Assembly: GCF_009914755.1 (NCBI RefSeq)
Contig: NC_060941.1
Length of the DNA stretch: 64,000 bases
Source: the human T2T-CHM13v2.0 reference genome, Homo sapiens
Strand: one strand, 5' to 3'
Shown: positions 38,334 through 51,546 of the stretch, in pieces
Layout of the letters: every line of letters starts with the position of its first letter
How positions within the stretch are numbered: the stretch's first letter is position 1
Position numbers and translations under genes: made by a program
The notes under the pieces: model-generated
The model's database searches: none
The model's input: the letters and a program-made list of their open reading frames with translations, nothing else
Told to the model about the DNA's origin: nothing

Positions 38334-38402
38334 TTCCATATTTTTGCAATTGTGAATTGTGCTGCTATAAACATGCAACACACATATATATTTAAATACT
38401 TA

Positions 38403-38580
38403 AACTTTGATTTTAGATTCAGGAGCGCACATGCAGGTTTGTTATATAGGTAAACTCAAAAGTTTGGTGACAGATTATTTCATCACCGAGGTACTAAGCA
38501 TAGTACCTCAATTTTTTTTCTGAATCTCTCCCTTCTCTCACCCTCCTCCCTCAAGGAGGCTCCAGTGTCTTTTGTTCCCT
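38403..38580 (-). mobile_element. Short L1PA15/16 3' fragment
   Basis: 'ttttagattcaggagcgcacatgcaggtttgttatataggtaaact...cagattatttcatcaccgaggtactaagcatagtacc'. Confidence 0.8.
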
Positions 38581-38627
38581 TAAATGATTCACTTCACATT
38601 AGTACTCTGCTTAAAGTTTTCTGATGA

Positions 38628-39034
<407 letters not shown>

Positions 39035-39049
39035 ATAATTCACTTCTGC

Positions 39050-39400
39050 TTCAAGACCTGAGCCCTATCTGTCACCTCTGTCTGGGCCCCTCTCCCATAA
39101 TGTCATTATAAGTTAGATTCTTCCAAGGATTCAGGTCTCTCCAAATATCAGTTCCTCCGAGAGGCATTTCCTGTGCTTCCCAGTTAAGGTGCCTACACAT
39201 AAGCTCATCTTTCCCCTTGACCTATTTCATTTATTGCATAGAATTGATCACTTTCTGACATACTATGTATCTGCATAAGGGCTTATTGCCTGTCTTCCCA
39301 GTAAACTAAAAGCTCATGAGAGTTGAGAATTTTTGTATTATTTATCACTGTTCACAGCCTGGCACATACTAAGCACTGAATAGATATATGTTAAATGTTA
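39050..39400 (+). mobile_element. L2a 3' end
   Basis: 'aagctcatgagag...tcactgttcacagcctggcacatactaagcactgaatagatatatgttaaatg'. Confidence 0.75.
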
Positions 39401-39404
39401 AATA

Positions 39405-40350
39405 AAAGATTAAAACATACAAAATAACTGGAGGAGAGAAAAGATAGAAAACTATTATTAGAATCTTGTGAGAGAGGAGGCTTTTCAAAGACTACCACTA
39501 AGCTAAGAAGCATAATGACAGACAGATTTGTTTATATAGAAACTTGTAAAACTTGTGTATAGTAAAATCCTTCACAGCAAAGTTAAAAGAAGGAAATATT
39601 TATAGCATATATAATTAACATTGGTAAAGACCCAGTTCAGATTAGCCCAACCACATGTTTTAAACCTGTTTAGAGAAGAGTCATCTTGCGGATTCAGTTT
39701 TGCCCAGACAACCTTTAAAATAAGTGGAACAATAATCGCCATGGGAAATGCTGCAATACGAAAGACAAATAGCCCCATAGGGAAGTGGGCAAAAGTTTTG
39801 AATAGGTAGTTCACACATGCAAATGAATAGCACAAGACAGGAAAACATTAGCAAACTTATCAATAATTTTAAGTCCATATTTACACAATGAAATACAATT
39901 CAGTTGTCTATAAAATTTGTATAAATTTAAAAAATTAGTAACTTGCTATGCAGTCATCTGTGTGGGAAAACAGGTTCTCTAACATACGATTTGTGAAAAT
40001 CTGAATGGGAATGACATTTCTGGAAGCCAATTTAGCAATGTCTATCCAAATTTAAATGTGCAGACACTTTGACTTAGCAATTCCATTTCTAAGAATGGAT
40101 CTTTCCTATCAATAGGCCCAAGTACTTAGGCAGACATGTGTATACAAATTATTGCAGCATTGTTTAGTAGAAATATGATAACAATCTAAATGTCTAAAAA
40201 TAAGAAGAACAATAAATAAAGTATGGTACACCCAGAATGGAGTTCTGTGGGACCCTTAAAGAGAAAAGTAAATCTGAATTGAATATATTAACTTACAATG
40301 ACGTCTATGATATATTAAGAGAAAAATAAGTTGAAGATCAATATGTGTAC
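39405..40350 (+). mobile_element. Old L1ME fragment
   Basis: 'aaatagccccatagggaagtgggcaaaag', 'ctttgacttagcaattccatttctaagaat'. Confidence 0.65.
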
Positions 40351-40354
40351 CTGA

Positions 40355-40540
40355 ATTCCTGATCAGAGTTGCCCTAATTTCATAGTCTGGAACTAAGGCA
40401 CATCGTCACATCTGCCTGCACAGCAGCCTGCAGAAGCACCATACAAAGGAGAATGGAATTCTATGGCCAGCTTAGAGGTCTCATGATCTATCCACAGAGT
40501 TGGAGGAGGAGCCTGCTGCCCTAAAATTAAATGATCTCTG
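40355..40540 (-). mobile_element. MLT1J-type LTR fragment
   Basis: 'aaggagaatggaattctatggccagcttagag'; probably resumes at about 41570-41650. Confidence 0.4.
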
Positions 40541-40544
40541 AACT

Positions 40545-41560
40545 CAAAGACACTAGCCATAAAATAAAATATTAATAATATGGGCCTTATTAAAATGAAA
40601 AACTTCTGCTCATCAAAAGACATCATTAAGGAGTACAAAGAGACTGGGAGAAAATATTTATAATTAATATATCTGATGAAGGACTTGGATCTGGAAGACA
40701 TAAAGAGTTCCTATAAATTAAAAAGAAAAAGAAAAATAATTAAAAATGGACCAAAGCCTTTGGTACCTCAGAAATGAGACATCCAAATGGTCAAGAAACT
40801 TACGTGAAAAGGTTATTAAAGTTTATGTAGAAAATACAGATAAAAACTACAATGAAATTCACGCTATAGCCACCAGAGTAGTTAATAAAAAGACTGACAA
40901 TATCAAATGCTGGTGAGGATGTAGAGCAAGTAGAACTCTCATACATTGCTGGTGGAAATGTAAATTCGTTCTGCAACTTTTGAAATTTCTTGTTCTGAAA
41001 TTTAAAACTTTAGGGTATACACTCACAGAAATGAATCCATATACTCACCAAACTATATATCACAAACTATATATCATGAAATGTTCTCAATAGCTTTATT
41101 CATGATATCACAAAAATGGAAGCAGCCAAGGTGTTCAATATATTCACAAGAGAATGAATAAATTGTGAAATATGCATGTAGCAAAAAACCACACAGCAAT
41201 GAAAAAGAATAAACTACTGAATCATGCAATAAAACATAAACTAATTTTATGTGAATGCTGGAAGAAGTCAGGCACAAAAGATTATATACAATATTATTAA
41301 TTTATATGAACTTAAGAACTAGAAAAACTAATCTACAGTGATAGAGACCAGGATAGGGGTTACCTTCAGGAGATATTGACCGGCAAGGGGTACAATGACG
41401 CCTCCGGGTGGTGATGCACGTAATCTGTTTCCTGAGCTGGGTGGTGGAACATGACTGCATACATATGTAAACATTCATTGTACTTAAGATTTGTGAACTT
41501 TGCAGTATGCATGCTACATCTCAGTTGTAAAGAACAAAACAAACAAAAACCTCAAACCAG
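40545..41560 (+). mobile_element. L1MD/L1ME1 3' portion
   Basis: 'aaacttctgctcatcaaaagacatcattaag', 'tggtgaggatgtagagcaagtagaactctcatacattgctggtgg', 3' end 'gtacttaagatttgtgaacttt' plus A-rich tail. Confidence 0.8.
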
Positions 41561-42376
41561 AAAAAAGAGATCTCTTCTTTCTGTCTTAGAAAATGGGGGT
41601 TCTTTTAGCTAGAAGGTGGAAGTTTGATGCTTATGGCTGTCGGCTTATCAAAAGACATTGTCTGCCACAATTCCATTCATACACACGCATAGACACACAC
41701 ACACAGTAATTCATGTGTATGTGTTTATATAAGCATAGAAAATTTTCAAAGAATATATGTTCAACAGATAACAGTAATTACATTTGAAGATAGAACTAGA
41801 CAGAGGTTTTAATATTTTTATTTATACATTTCTGATTATTAAAATAAAAGAGAAAATTCATAGAGTGAGAGCAAGAATCTTAAGGGTCACTAATAAAATG
41901 GTTTTGGGTGAGGGATTTGTTCTCTATGGTGAATAAATGGAGATAAACAGAAAAAAGATGCCCAGGCACCCAGAACTTTTGGGGGTGGCAGTAGAAAAGG
42001 TTACTGAAGTGTTAAAAGCTCTTTCTGAGCTTATTTAATCAAAATGGAAAAAATCTACTAGGAAAATTAATATGCCCCCCATGAATAATTGAGAACTGCC
42101 TACAGTCTATTCTCCTGAAATGACATTTTCTCTCATCTGAATGATGAAAAGAGTAGGAAAGCAACCTTAGAGGTCATCTAATTTAATGCCCTCAGCAAAT
42201 GTGCCAATCTTTTTCATAATTCTTACATTTAAAGGGTCTCAAAAGTTGTGTGACAAGTGGAAAACATGTCTTTACTACCAAGTGTGCAGAAGACGTGTGC
42301 TGTATAATCAACTGGCTAGAAAACAGGCTGAGGAAATCTGCCTTGGTTTGTTTTCTTTGCCACCTGGAGCAGTGTC

Positions 42377-42393
42377 GTGTGTGTGTGTGTATG

Positions 42394-42424
<31 letters not shown>

Positions 42425-42428
42425 GTGT
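42377..42428. repeat. Interrupted (TG)n microsatellite
   Basis: Direct reading. Confidence 0.95.
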
Positions 42429-44574
42429 AAGAACTGGAGAAAGAAAAAGAGACTGATGATGGAAAGGGAAGGGAGCTGGTTCGGGAAACCCACCTAGCAG
42501 CACTTACTTAAGTACTGATGTGTCTAACATTGACAGAAAATAAATCTAGATTTTAACTTCAATCCTTTCATTCTTGTTTGCTCTGAATCAAAATTGCATC
42601 AAGAAAAAGTTTTAAATTTCAGAAAAAGAAAACAAGATTTGTTCTGACAAGGCTTTCTGTAGGTCCCATTCTAAGTCCCTGAAGGCAGCTGAGCTTTAGT
42701 CTAGAGGTATTGTATGTTTTCTGATAGTACCCAGTGGGTTTTCTATTGTTATTTATTGTTACTCCTTGGTCTTTCTCCCAACCAACTATTTCCCCCAACC
42801 ACTCAACATACACAAGTTTCACACACGTTTTTTTCCTCTGGCTTTTGAGTTTCCAAAGTCTGGATACTGAGGGAAATAGAAAGGACACAAGCATGTGAAG
42901 AGTAGATTTTAAAAGAATAGCTGAGGAGCAGAAGCCAGGCTTCTATTATCCTCGAATAATAGAGTCCTCTCCTCAGAATGGGGAGGAGAAAAGTAAGGGA
43001 GGACATGTCAAGTATATAGACGCTGGCCATTCCTGGGGTGAGCGGAGTTCTGTGCTGGGCTTCTTGGGCCAAACCTGGTGTGAGCAGAGGAGAATGACTT
43101 CAGGTCAGTATGTTGAGGGTCCTTATATTTCACTGCTGAGGCATATTTCTGGAGGTGCACAGTGTGGTGAGTCTAGGCTGATAGGACTTGAGATAACCTC
43201 CTAGATTTTCTCCATATGCAGTGTGATTTGGATGCAACAGAAAAATTCCCCCAAAAGTGACTGAGAAATAGTATAGAGAATCCAAATGGAAAGGGCCCAG
43301 TGGACTGGACAGACAATCAGAAGGGAAATGGGCATCTCCAAGGAGACTAGCATGGGCAGTGGCCATCACCTTAGCAATGCATAAACCTCTGAGGAACTTA
43401 GACAAACTCTGCAAAAGGAAGGGCATAGGGATTGAATTACTGAATTGACTGAGACTGATTTTTTTGCCACCTTATTAGAATTTGGGTTCAAAATCGAAAT
43501 TGAGTTACAAAAAAATTAAAAGTTACATATCTTCCCTATGAAAGTTTCATCACCATCCCATAACCACGGAGAAGGCAGGACCTTATTGGCTTTCATTGTT
43601 ACATAATGGGTTCAAGTTCCACCACATTTTTCTGAGGCAGAGATTTTTGTTCCAAAAACTCAAAGTGTTAAGTAGACTGATTTCTTAGAAAGTCTTTATT
43701 ATTTCTTAGAACCTCCACTGGACATGCCACAAAGATCCTTGTGGATGACTGGTTCAGAAGAAACAGAAAGGGAGGTACTTGTGGAAATTGCCTCAGGACT
43801 GGTCTCCTTTAGTTGAAAACACATATGGGCAAAGAAAATGCAGGGCCAAATGAACTTTTCTGCACAGATCTCTTTCAAACTGCAGGAAAGTTTGCTTTCT
43901 TTAGGTGTTAGAGAAGCCAACAAGAGCGGATGTGCAGGGATGATAGGCATCTCGTGGTGAATGCAGAATCAACCAAGCATTTCACGGTAGCCAGTGGAGT
44001 TCAACCATAAACATTAGATTAACTGGAAGCAGACCACCACATCAGAGTTGGGCAGAAAGCTTGGAGAAGTAACCCAGCAAACAATGTTCTGCCTCCTGGG
44101 CACTCCCACCATGTGATGAAATGGCACCACAAACCAGAGGCATGCCTGAGAGCAAAGACTTTAACGGTGCCCCTTTTCTGAAATTCCCCACTTCCTCTTT
44201 TCTCCTCATTCCTTCTCGTCCTCCTTTTTCTTCTCCTCCCCCTGCTTCTTCTTTTAATTGTTCCCAATTCAAAGACCCAATGGCTCATGTTGGGAAGGCT
44301 TTTAATTTTAATGATGGAAAATGTATCATCTTCCACTCATCTTTCTTTCTAGTCCTCTGCACCCCTTCTCCACATACACTATAACACTGCATGACTTCTG
44401 TCAGCTCAGCTGTTTTGTTTTTTCTTTTGCATTACAGATGCCTTCTTATAACTAACCATCTGGACTTTACTGCTCTGGAAACCCAATGAACTTCCTCTCC
44501 ATCCACGTTCTACTCAGTTTTTATTTAGTTGGGTCTTCACTGCACAAAATTGCTCTAAAAATGTACCTGAGATT

Positions 44575-45129
44575 TGTTTAAGTCAAATATGGTAAGACAC
44601 ACAGACAGAAATGATTGTGATCAAGGAAGAAGCCTATATTCACAAATCACAGATCCTTGGACACAGAAGTCAGGACATGCCATGCAGGACATTGGGAAGC
44701 ACAAAATCAGCTGGGAGACAGAAGCAGGAGGGGGCAGGGCATGCCCAGAGTTCCTATTGGGGTTCTCCTGGGAATGACTGGGTGAGGCAGAGTAGGTACA
44801 CTGTTAAGTTTAGGATTGGATAGTTTGAATAATTTCAGTGGGCTCTGGGCTGTAAGACTGGTCCCCAGTTGTCTAGTACCAGTCCCTGGAGTAATTTAGG
44901 ACAGAGAGGGTATTGGCCTAGTGTGTGAGAAGTTGATAAAGGAGATAGTTGAGGTTGTGAGCTCCAAATTGGTTGGTTTGTATAACACAGGTGCACTCCC
45001 AGAGGAGTCTTGCTATCTCTAGGAATTAGCTAGCCTGGAAGAGGCAATCTATCTAGGATGAAGGGCCCAAATGCCAGAGCATCAAAAAAGAAAAAAAAAA
45101 AAAGAAAGAAAGAAAACACAGTCAATACA
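44575..45129 (-). mobile_element. ERVL solo LTR (MER74-like)
   Basis: TG...CA ends. The reverse strand reads 'tgtattgactgtgttttc...tgatgctctggcatttgggccc...gctaattcctagagatagcaag...caaaccaaccaatt'. Confidence 0.75.
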
Positions 45130-45212
45130 AACTAGATTTATAGCAACCATTTTCAGGGCACACTATCGCCATTGGTCCATTCATATCCCCATTTACTTTA
45201 TGTATTTATTTA

Positions 45213-45546
<334 letters not shown>

Positions 45547-47240
45547 GAACAACCATGAATTAACTATAGAAGCTAAAGCCTGGGACATTATCAATTATTA
45601 ACATTTACTTATTAGATTCTATTCTAATCTCTTGAAGTCCAATAGTACTTTCTGCCGTTTATCAATGCGTCTCAACACCTCATATGGAGAAGATCCATTT
45701 TGAATGTCTGCCAGGGCTGCTTGCATTCCCTGTCCTCTCATGATCTCATCAGCTTGAATTTCAAGCTCTTTGAATGTTTTCCAACCTGTAACTTAAACAC
45801 TGGCAAGCAGAAGAATATTTCATTATGCTTTGGATACAAAATGCATGAATTTGTAGAGATGGATGGTGAATTTTTTTCATGACTTTGTGCCTACGTAAGC
45901 CACCACCTCTGGTAATGGTAAAATACTCTCTATAGTTCTTAAATGAAAATCTAATAAAAATTTAGGAAGGAAAGGGCTTTGGCAGAGGGCTTTTCAAGTC
46001 AGGTGTGAGGCTATGGTAATACCAGTAAGAGAGTCTTCTTACTGTCTAGATTTTCAGCAGCTCCACTATTCATTTTGCATGAGGGCTACCCGACATTGTC
46101 CAACAGCAACCAGCAGACATGAAAGGATAGGGCTTGTCATTGCTTTTGAGAATATTAATTATGATATGTCTTGCATGAGAAATTTGAGAGATGTTATGTT
46201 TAGAGAAACTGGTGGGGCTGTTGCTGAAAAATCAGCGGAAATCGGATGCCTGCAAGAAAGGACCCTGGAAAAGCCAGCGGTACACGGTGACAGGCAACAG
46301 GTATTCTGGGGAGGGGTGTGTTGGGGTAATGCTCAGAGGACTTCAGAATGACTTTTATTTCCTCATTATGATCCTAAAATGTCTTAGGTATTTTTTTCCA
46401 GGTGTTTAGAAACATAAAGATGAAAAAACTGTTGTGTATAACTTTGGCTGGATCAGTTGTTTCATCTAGCCCTTATATTTTCTGGCTTTTCTGCAGCTCT
46501 GTGCAAAAACATCCACATAGGTTCCTAGGCTATTGCTACAAACAGAGAAATGTGCAAGACCAAGGTTTCATCAAAATATCTGTTTTTCTGCCTTGTATCC
46601 TCTGGTAACTTTGTAAGTTGGCTTTGTTATATCTTATCCAACACCCAGTAATCAAAAGGCTTTTTGGAAATCTCCTTGGGTCTCAAGTTCAAACCAAACT
46701 GTAGGCCTGGTTGTTATTTTGTGCAGATAAAGTGTAAATCATTTTCTGTATGATTTTATTTCCTAAGCGAACTGTCCTGAGAAAAGAGTACTTGGGTGTT
46801 CAGGGCGATCAGAATTTGGGGACTTTGGCTGGATCCTAACAATTTAGGAGACCCCATTTAAAAATATTTATCCATCCAAATGAAATGAAAGGGTGCTTGT
46901 CCTACAAATGGCCCCTGAAATAACTTTGGAAGTCCAACCCCTGCCTGAACAGTGGCTATTACCCTTGGACACTGGTAAGTAGGGCTTATAATTCTGGAAT
47001 AATTTTCCTTTGAATTTATGACTCTTCAACTTCAGTTCGCACATCAGCCTTCTCGTCTCCTCTCCCACGTTAAATTGGTCCATAAAACTCCACACACCAT
47101 AAAATGAGATCTGGGCGGAGATGTGGCAAAGCATCCCCCAAGGTAAACATTATGATAGACTTTCACCCCACCCCATCCCCAGCCCTGCCCCAGAAGAAGA
47201 TGGAAACAAAAGGCATGCTAGTCTGGAGACAGCCCCCAAA

Positions 47241-47325
47241 CAGCTGTGCATTCTTGTTCAGCTGGGACAGCAGCTGCCTTTATAAACGGAGACCCCCCCT
47301 TCCTTTCTCCCTATCTCGCTTATCT
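47241..47325. promoter_or_regulatory. Candidate enhancer/promoter: 3x CAGCTG E-box, TATA-like TTTATAAA, 2x GATA
   Basis: CAGCTG at 47241, 47259 and 47271; TTTATAAA at 47279-47286; CTATCT at 47311 and TTATCT at 47320. All in non-repeat sequence. Confidence 0.4.
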
Positions 47326-47689
47326 GAGTAGTGGTCTACACAGAGGAACAGGAAAATGCTGAAGCCTCCCTAGGCTCTAGAGAGCTGACACCAAGGACTT
47401 CCTGTGGCCTGGCTCCAGCCGCATGCGGAACAGCCTAGCTTGAAGCAGCCAGCCCTGATGGTGTCTGAAATATTTGGCTCCTGGCTCCGGCTGTGGGCTG
47501 GCTGTCTGGTTTGTTTGAACACAAACTAGCCTGGGAGTCTTTGTGTAGAATGCTCCTTGAAGTTTTTTCCATGACATCTGCCAATTAAATGTATGAATTA
47601 CTCTGTTTACTCCTGTGTGACAGGGAAGACATTTTATTCAGAAGCAAAGGATTCCTCCTTCTCTTTGCTTTGACTTCAAAAATTTGATG

Positions 47690-47900
47690 AGCTCCTATTA
47701 CGTGCCAGTCACTGGACATGATGCTTGGACATTTGTGATTTTATTTTATTCAATATTATAGCTCCAATAAAATGGGCTTAGGGTTATGTTTTTTACAATT
47801 GAAGAAACTGGAATACAAAGATGGGAAATGATTGATCTGAGGCCACACAAACGAATAAGGGGCAGAGTAGGAATTAGAACTTAAGTCTCCTCATTACAAA
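47690..47900 (-). mobile_element. MIR
   Basis: 'ttttacaattgaagaaactggaatacaaagatggga...ggccacacaaacgaataaggggcagagtaggaattagaac'. Confidence 0.7.
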
Positions 47901-48067
47901 GTTTGTTTTGTTTTGCTTTTTATCTTCTTCACTAAAACTTATTTAGGAATAATTGCTTGACTGTTTTGAGTTGGTATTTGAGTCTATACTCATGCATTCA
48001 TTCATTCATCTATTCAACAACTATGATTTAAGCATCCACTGGGTACACTAGGTTAAAAAACTAAGCA

Positions 48068-48293
48068 CTGGGGTCTGCAAACTTTTTCTGTAAAGTGCCA
48101 AATAATATATATTTTAAGGCTTGAGAGCTGTATGATCTCTGTTGCAGCTACTTAGCTTTGCCATTGTAGTGGGGAGGTAGTCATGAACAATAGGTAGGTG
48201 AATAGACATAGCTATATATCAGCAAAACCATATTTACAAAAATAGGCAGGAGGTTAGATTGGGTCCTGAGGCCATAGCTTTCTATAGACTACC
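48068..48293 (+). mobile_element. MER58A hAT-Charlie
   Basis: 'ggggtctgcaaactttttctgtaaagtgcca...tctctgttgcagctacttagctttgccattgtag...tatttacaaaaataggc'. Confidence 0.85.
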
Positions 48294-48636
48294 ATGCAGT
48301 GCATAACCTCCACATTCATCCATAGCACCCCTAGTGAGGCACGACATAATTATGGTTTGACTCTGAATCCTGAGCCTGGAATGGGAATAAGGGTTCTTGT
48401 ACTTGGACTGATCCTCTGTCCCCTCAAAATAACCCTGAGAGGCCCTCCTGAATCATCATTGCCCTCTATGGTGAGATGCCATCCCTTCCCTAAGGCACCT
48501 CTCTTGCAACACTCATAGGAATGTTCCTAGAACTAACTAAACCCTTGTGTGACTTGGGTAGGCAACGCGTTGAATAGGAGAAAGTAACAAGAAGGTGAGG
48601 CCTCAGAGAACACGGAAGAGTCTTGCCTCCTCCTGA

Positions 48637-49200
<564 letters not shown>

Positions 49201-49392
49201 AAGCTGACTGTTTTTGGAAGAAGAAAATTAAAGAACTATCACCTTTCATTAGTGTCATTGTTGTTGCCTCCATGGAATCATGACAGCAAGATGAACCAAG
49301 AGGACCTCTTGATACAAAAGATGCTCTTGCTGGGGAAGCAGCCACAACATATGTTTCTATTAACTGTGGTCAGATTCCTAAGGTACAAGGCA

Positions 49393-49411
49393 CAGTGCCC
49401 TCTACTGCCCA
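49393..49411 (-). promoter_or_regulatory. Candidate CTCF site
   Basis: Reverse strand TGGGCAGTAGAGGGCACTG vs the consensus TGGCCASYAGRKGGCRCTR; one mismatch at position 4. Confidence 0.35.
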
Positions 49412-50544
49412 GGAGGAACCCTATTAGTTCCCCTAACATAGATGGAAGATCCAGAAATGTCAGTTGTTGAAGATTGGGATTTGTGTCATGGTGTGAGAAT
49501 TTATTAGAAATCTTCTTTTATTTCTTTTGATAACTCTGTATGGGACTGGCAGATATTTACTCAAGGTGATGGGGGGAGGGTAAAATGGGAAAAGGAGAGA
49601 GAGAAGCCACAATCCACACAGAGTACTTTGAGGCAGGAGAAAAAGATGTTCTTCCAATGTTTAGTTATCTCCCTTCTGAACAAGTGTGTACATCTTCTGT
49701 TTCCTAGGGTAGCCTACGGCAGGCTGAATCCTGATGGCATCTGGACCAGGAAGAGGTCAAGGAGGCTTCCGATGGTCCCACAGGACATCTATAGCTCCAT
49801 GCCAGGTAGTATTTTTTTCATTACTGAAAATGAAAAAGTTTTCCTGGAAGTAAGCAGACATAACACTGACTTCATGGGTCCAAGCAAAGAGGACAATGTA
49901 GAGACAAAAGAATACAAACCGACTAGTTGCTAAAGGAGCTAGAAAGGGGGATTATTTAAGAAAAAAAGAGACAAATTAAATAAATAAAATATCATCCTTC
50001 ATGGTACAGCAGTGCTGCGGCCTGGGGATAGAACTGGAAACTTTGTGTGGTGAGTACTAGTGGGATGTGAATTGGGCCAAAATATATTTGTCTCCAAGAA
50101 ATACATTTTTCAAAATGCTAAGCCTTAATTTTTTTTTTTTTTGAGTAAACAGCCGGGAAAATGCCAGGCTTGATACTTTCTTGAATGGAGCCCTGGATGT
50201 GCCATATGGAAGCCCTTGTGAGGGGAAACCCTTGTCGGCCTGCCCCAAGTCTTGCTGCTGTGTAGGTCCATTCAGTTCTACATTAGCCTGTACTTTGAAA
50301 CTCTGCCCTTGCGGCATCCTGGCTACGTCCAAACCCCCCTTCCACTCCGCTGCCGACAACACATGATGTGCTTCCTCTCTTCAAAGAAGCAGCCATCTTG
50401 GAAGAAGCTACAGGGCTCCAAAAAACAATTTTGCTGGTCCAGTAATCAAATCTCTGACCCACAGCCGTGTTTCTCTCCTGCCACATTTTTCTTGGCTCTT
50501 CCGGGCTCCATCCCTCTAAGCAAACATTCCCTCTACATTTAGAC

Positions 50545-50760
50545 TCCTTCTAACACTAAGCATAATGTAATGGAAAGAAACATTGAAGACCTGGGTTTCA
50601 GTGGTTTTTGCTATTAACTTTCTCAGTGTTTAACATCCCAGATTTTCAGCTTTCTCATCTTTATTTAATAATATCCATCTTACAATGGATGTTATTGTCA
50701 GTGGAAAATTAGATGGGACAATATACATGAAAGTATGTTAATAAATGTAACAGTCAAACA
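50545..50760 (+). mobile_element. MIR
   Basis: 'gaagacctgggtttc...ttttcagctttctcatct...gaaaattagatgggacaatatacatgaaagt'. Confidence 0.7.
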
Positions 50761-51019
50761 AATATTGATCAAATACCTGATACGGGATTGGCATTGAGAA
50801 ATATGATGCTATGATGCAACCCTATAATCTAGTCAAAGAGGCAGACAGAGACATAGGTAGTATTAATGCAATGTGTGGCAGTTGGGTTGTGTTTGTTTGT
50901 TTTGATTTTTGTTGTTCTTGGCCACAGCAAACCAACCTATAATCCATTCCTATTTCTGTTCCCCCTGCCACTAATTTGTCTTCCTTCTTTGGGCCTCAGA
51001 TTTCAATTTGCCAAATGCA

Positions 51020-51149
51020 TAGATGACCAGATAATTTGTTATCCAAACCAGGATACTTCCTACAGTAAGAGGAATTGCTGTTAATAACTGTGCCAGAGCA
51101 ATTTGTGCACATGGAGACTTCCAGGCAAACAGAGATGATGGCCACACTA
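51020..51149. mobile_element. MER94 hAT-Blackjack MITE
   Basis: TIRs 'tagatgacca' / 'tggccacacta', about 130 bp; 8-bp TSD caaatgca (51012-51019) / caaatgaa (51150-51157). Confidence 0.8.
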
Positions 51150-51185
51150 CAAATGAAATGGGGGCAGGCATGCAACAGTATCTAA

Positions 51186-51546
<361 letters not shown>

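Larger units (their letters stand above)
35061..38376 (-). mobile_element. L1PB1 3' fragment (35061-35479 and 38332-38376) split by THE1B
   Basis: 'ccataggtttttagggaacaggtggtatttggttgcatgagttagttcttt' is the L1PB1 end; 'gatgggcatttgggttg' resumes as 'gttccatatttttgcaattgtgaattgtgctgc'. Confidence 0.9.

Noticed and set aside
42186-42503. Cys/Val- or His/Thr-rich ORFs (also 58695-58980)
   Set aside because: They are translations of (TG)n/(CA)n microsatellites.
49708-49805. Possible 98-bp plus-strand exon (ttctgtttcctag | ... ccag | gtagta), and isolated splice-like sites at 46402 and 50050
   Set aside because: The donor is weak, there is no recognisable coding similarity, and such sites occur by chance. 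It cannot be supported without RNA data.
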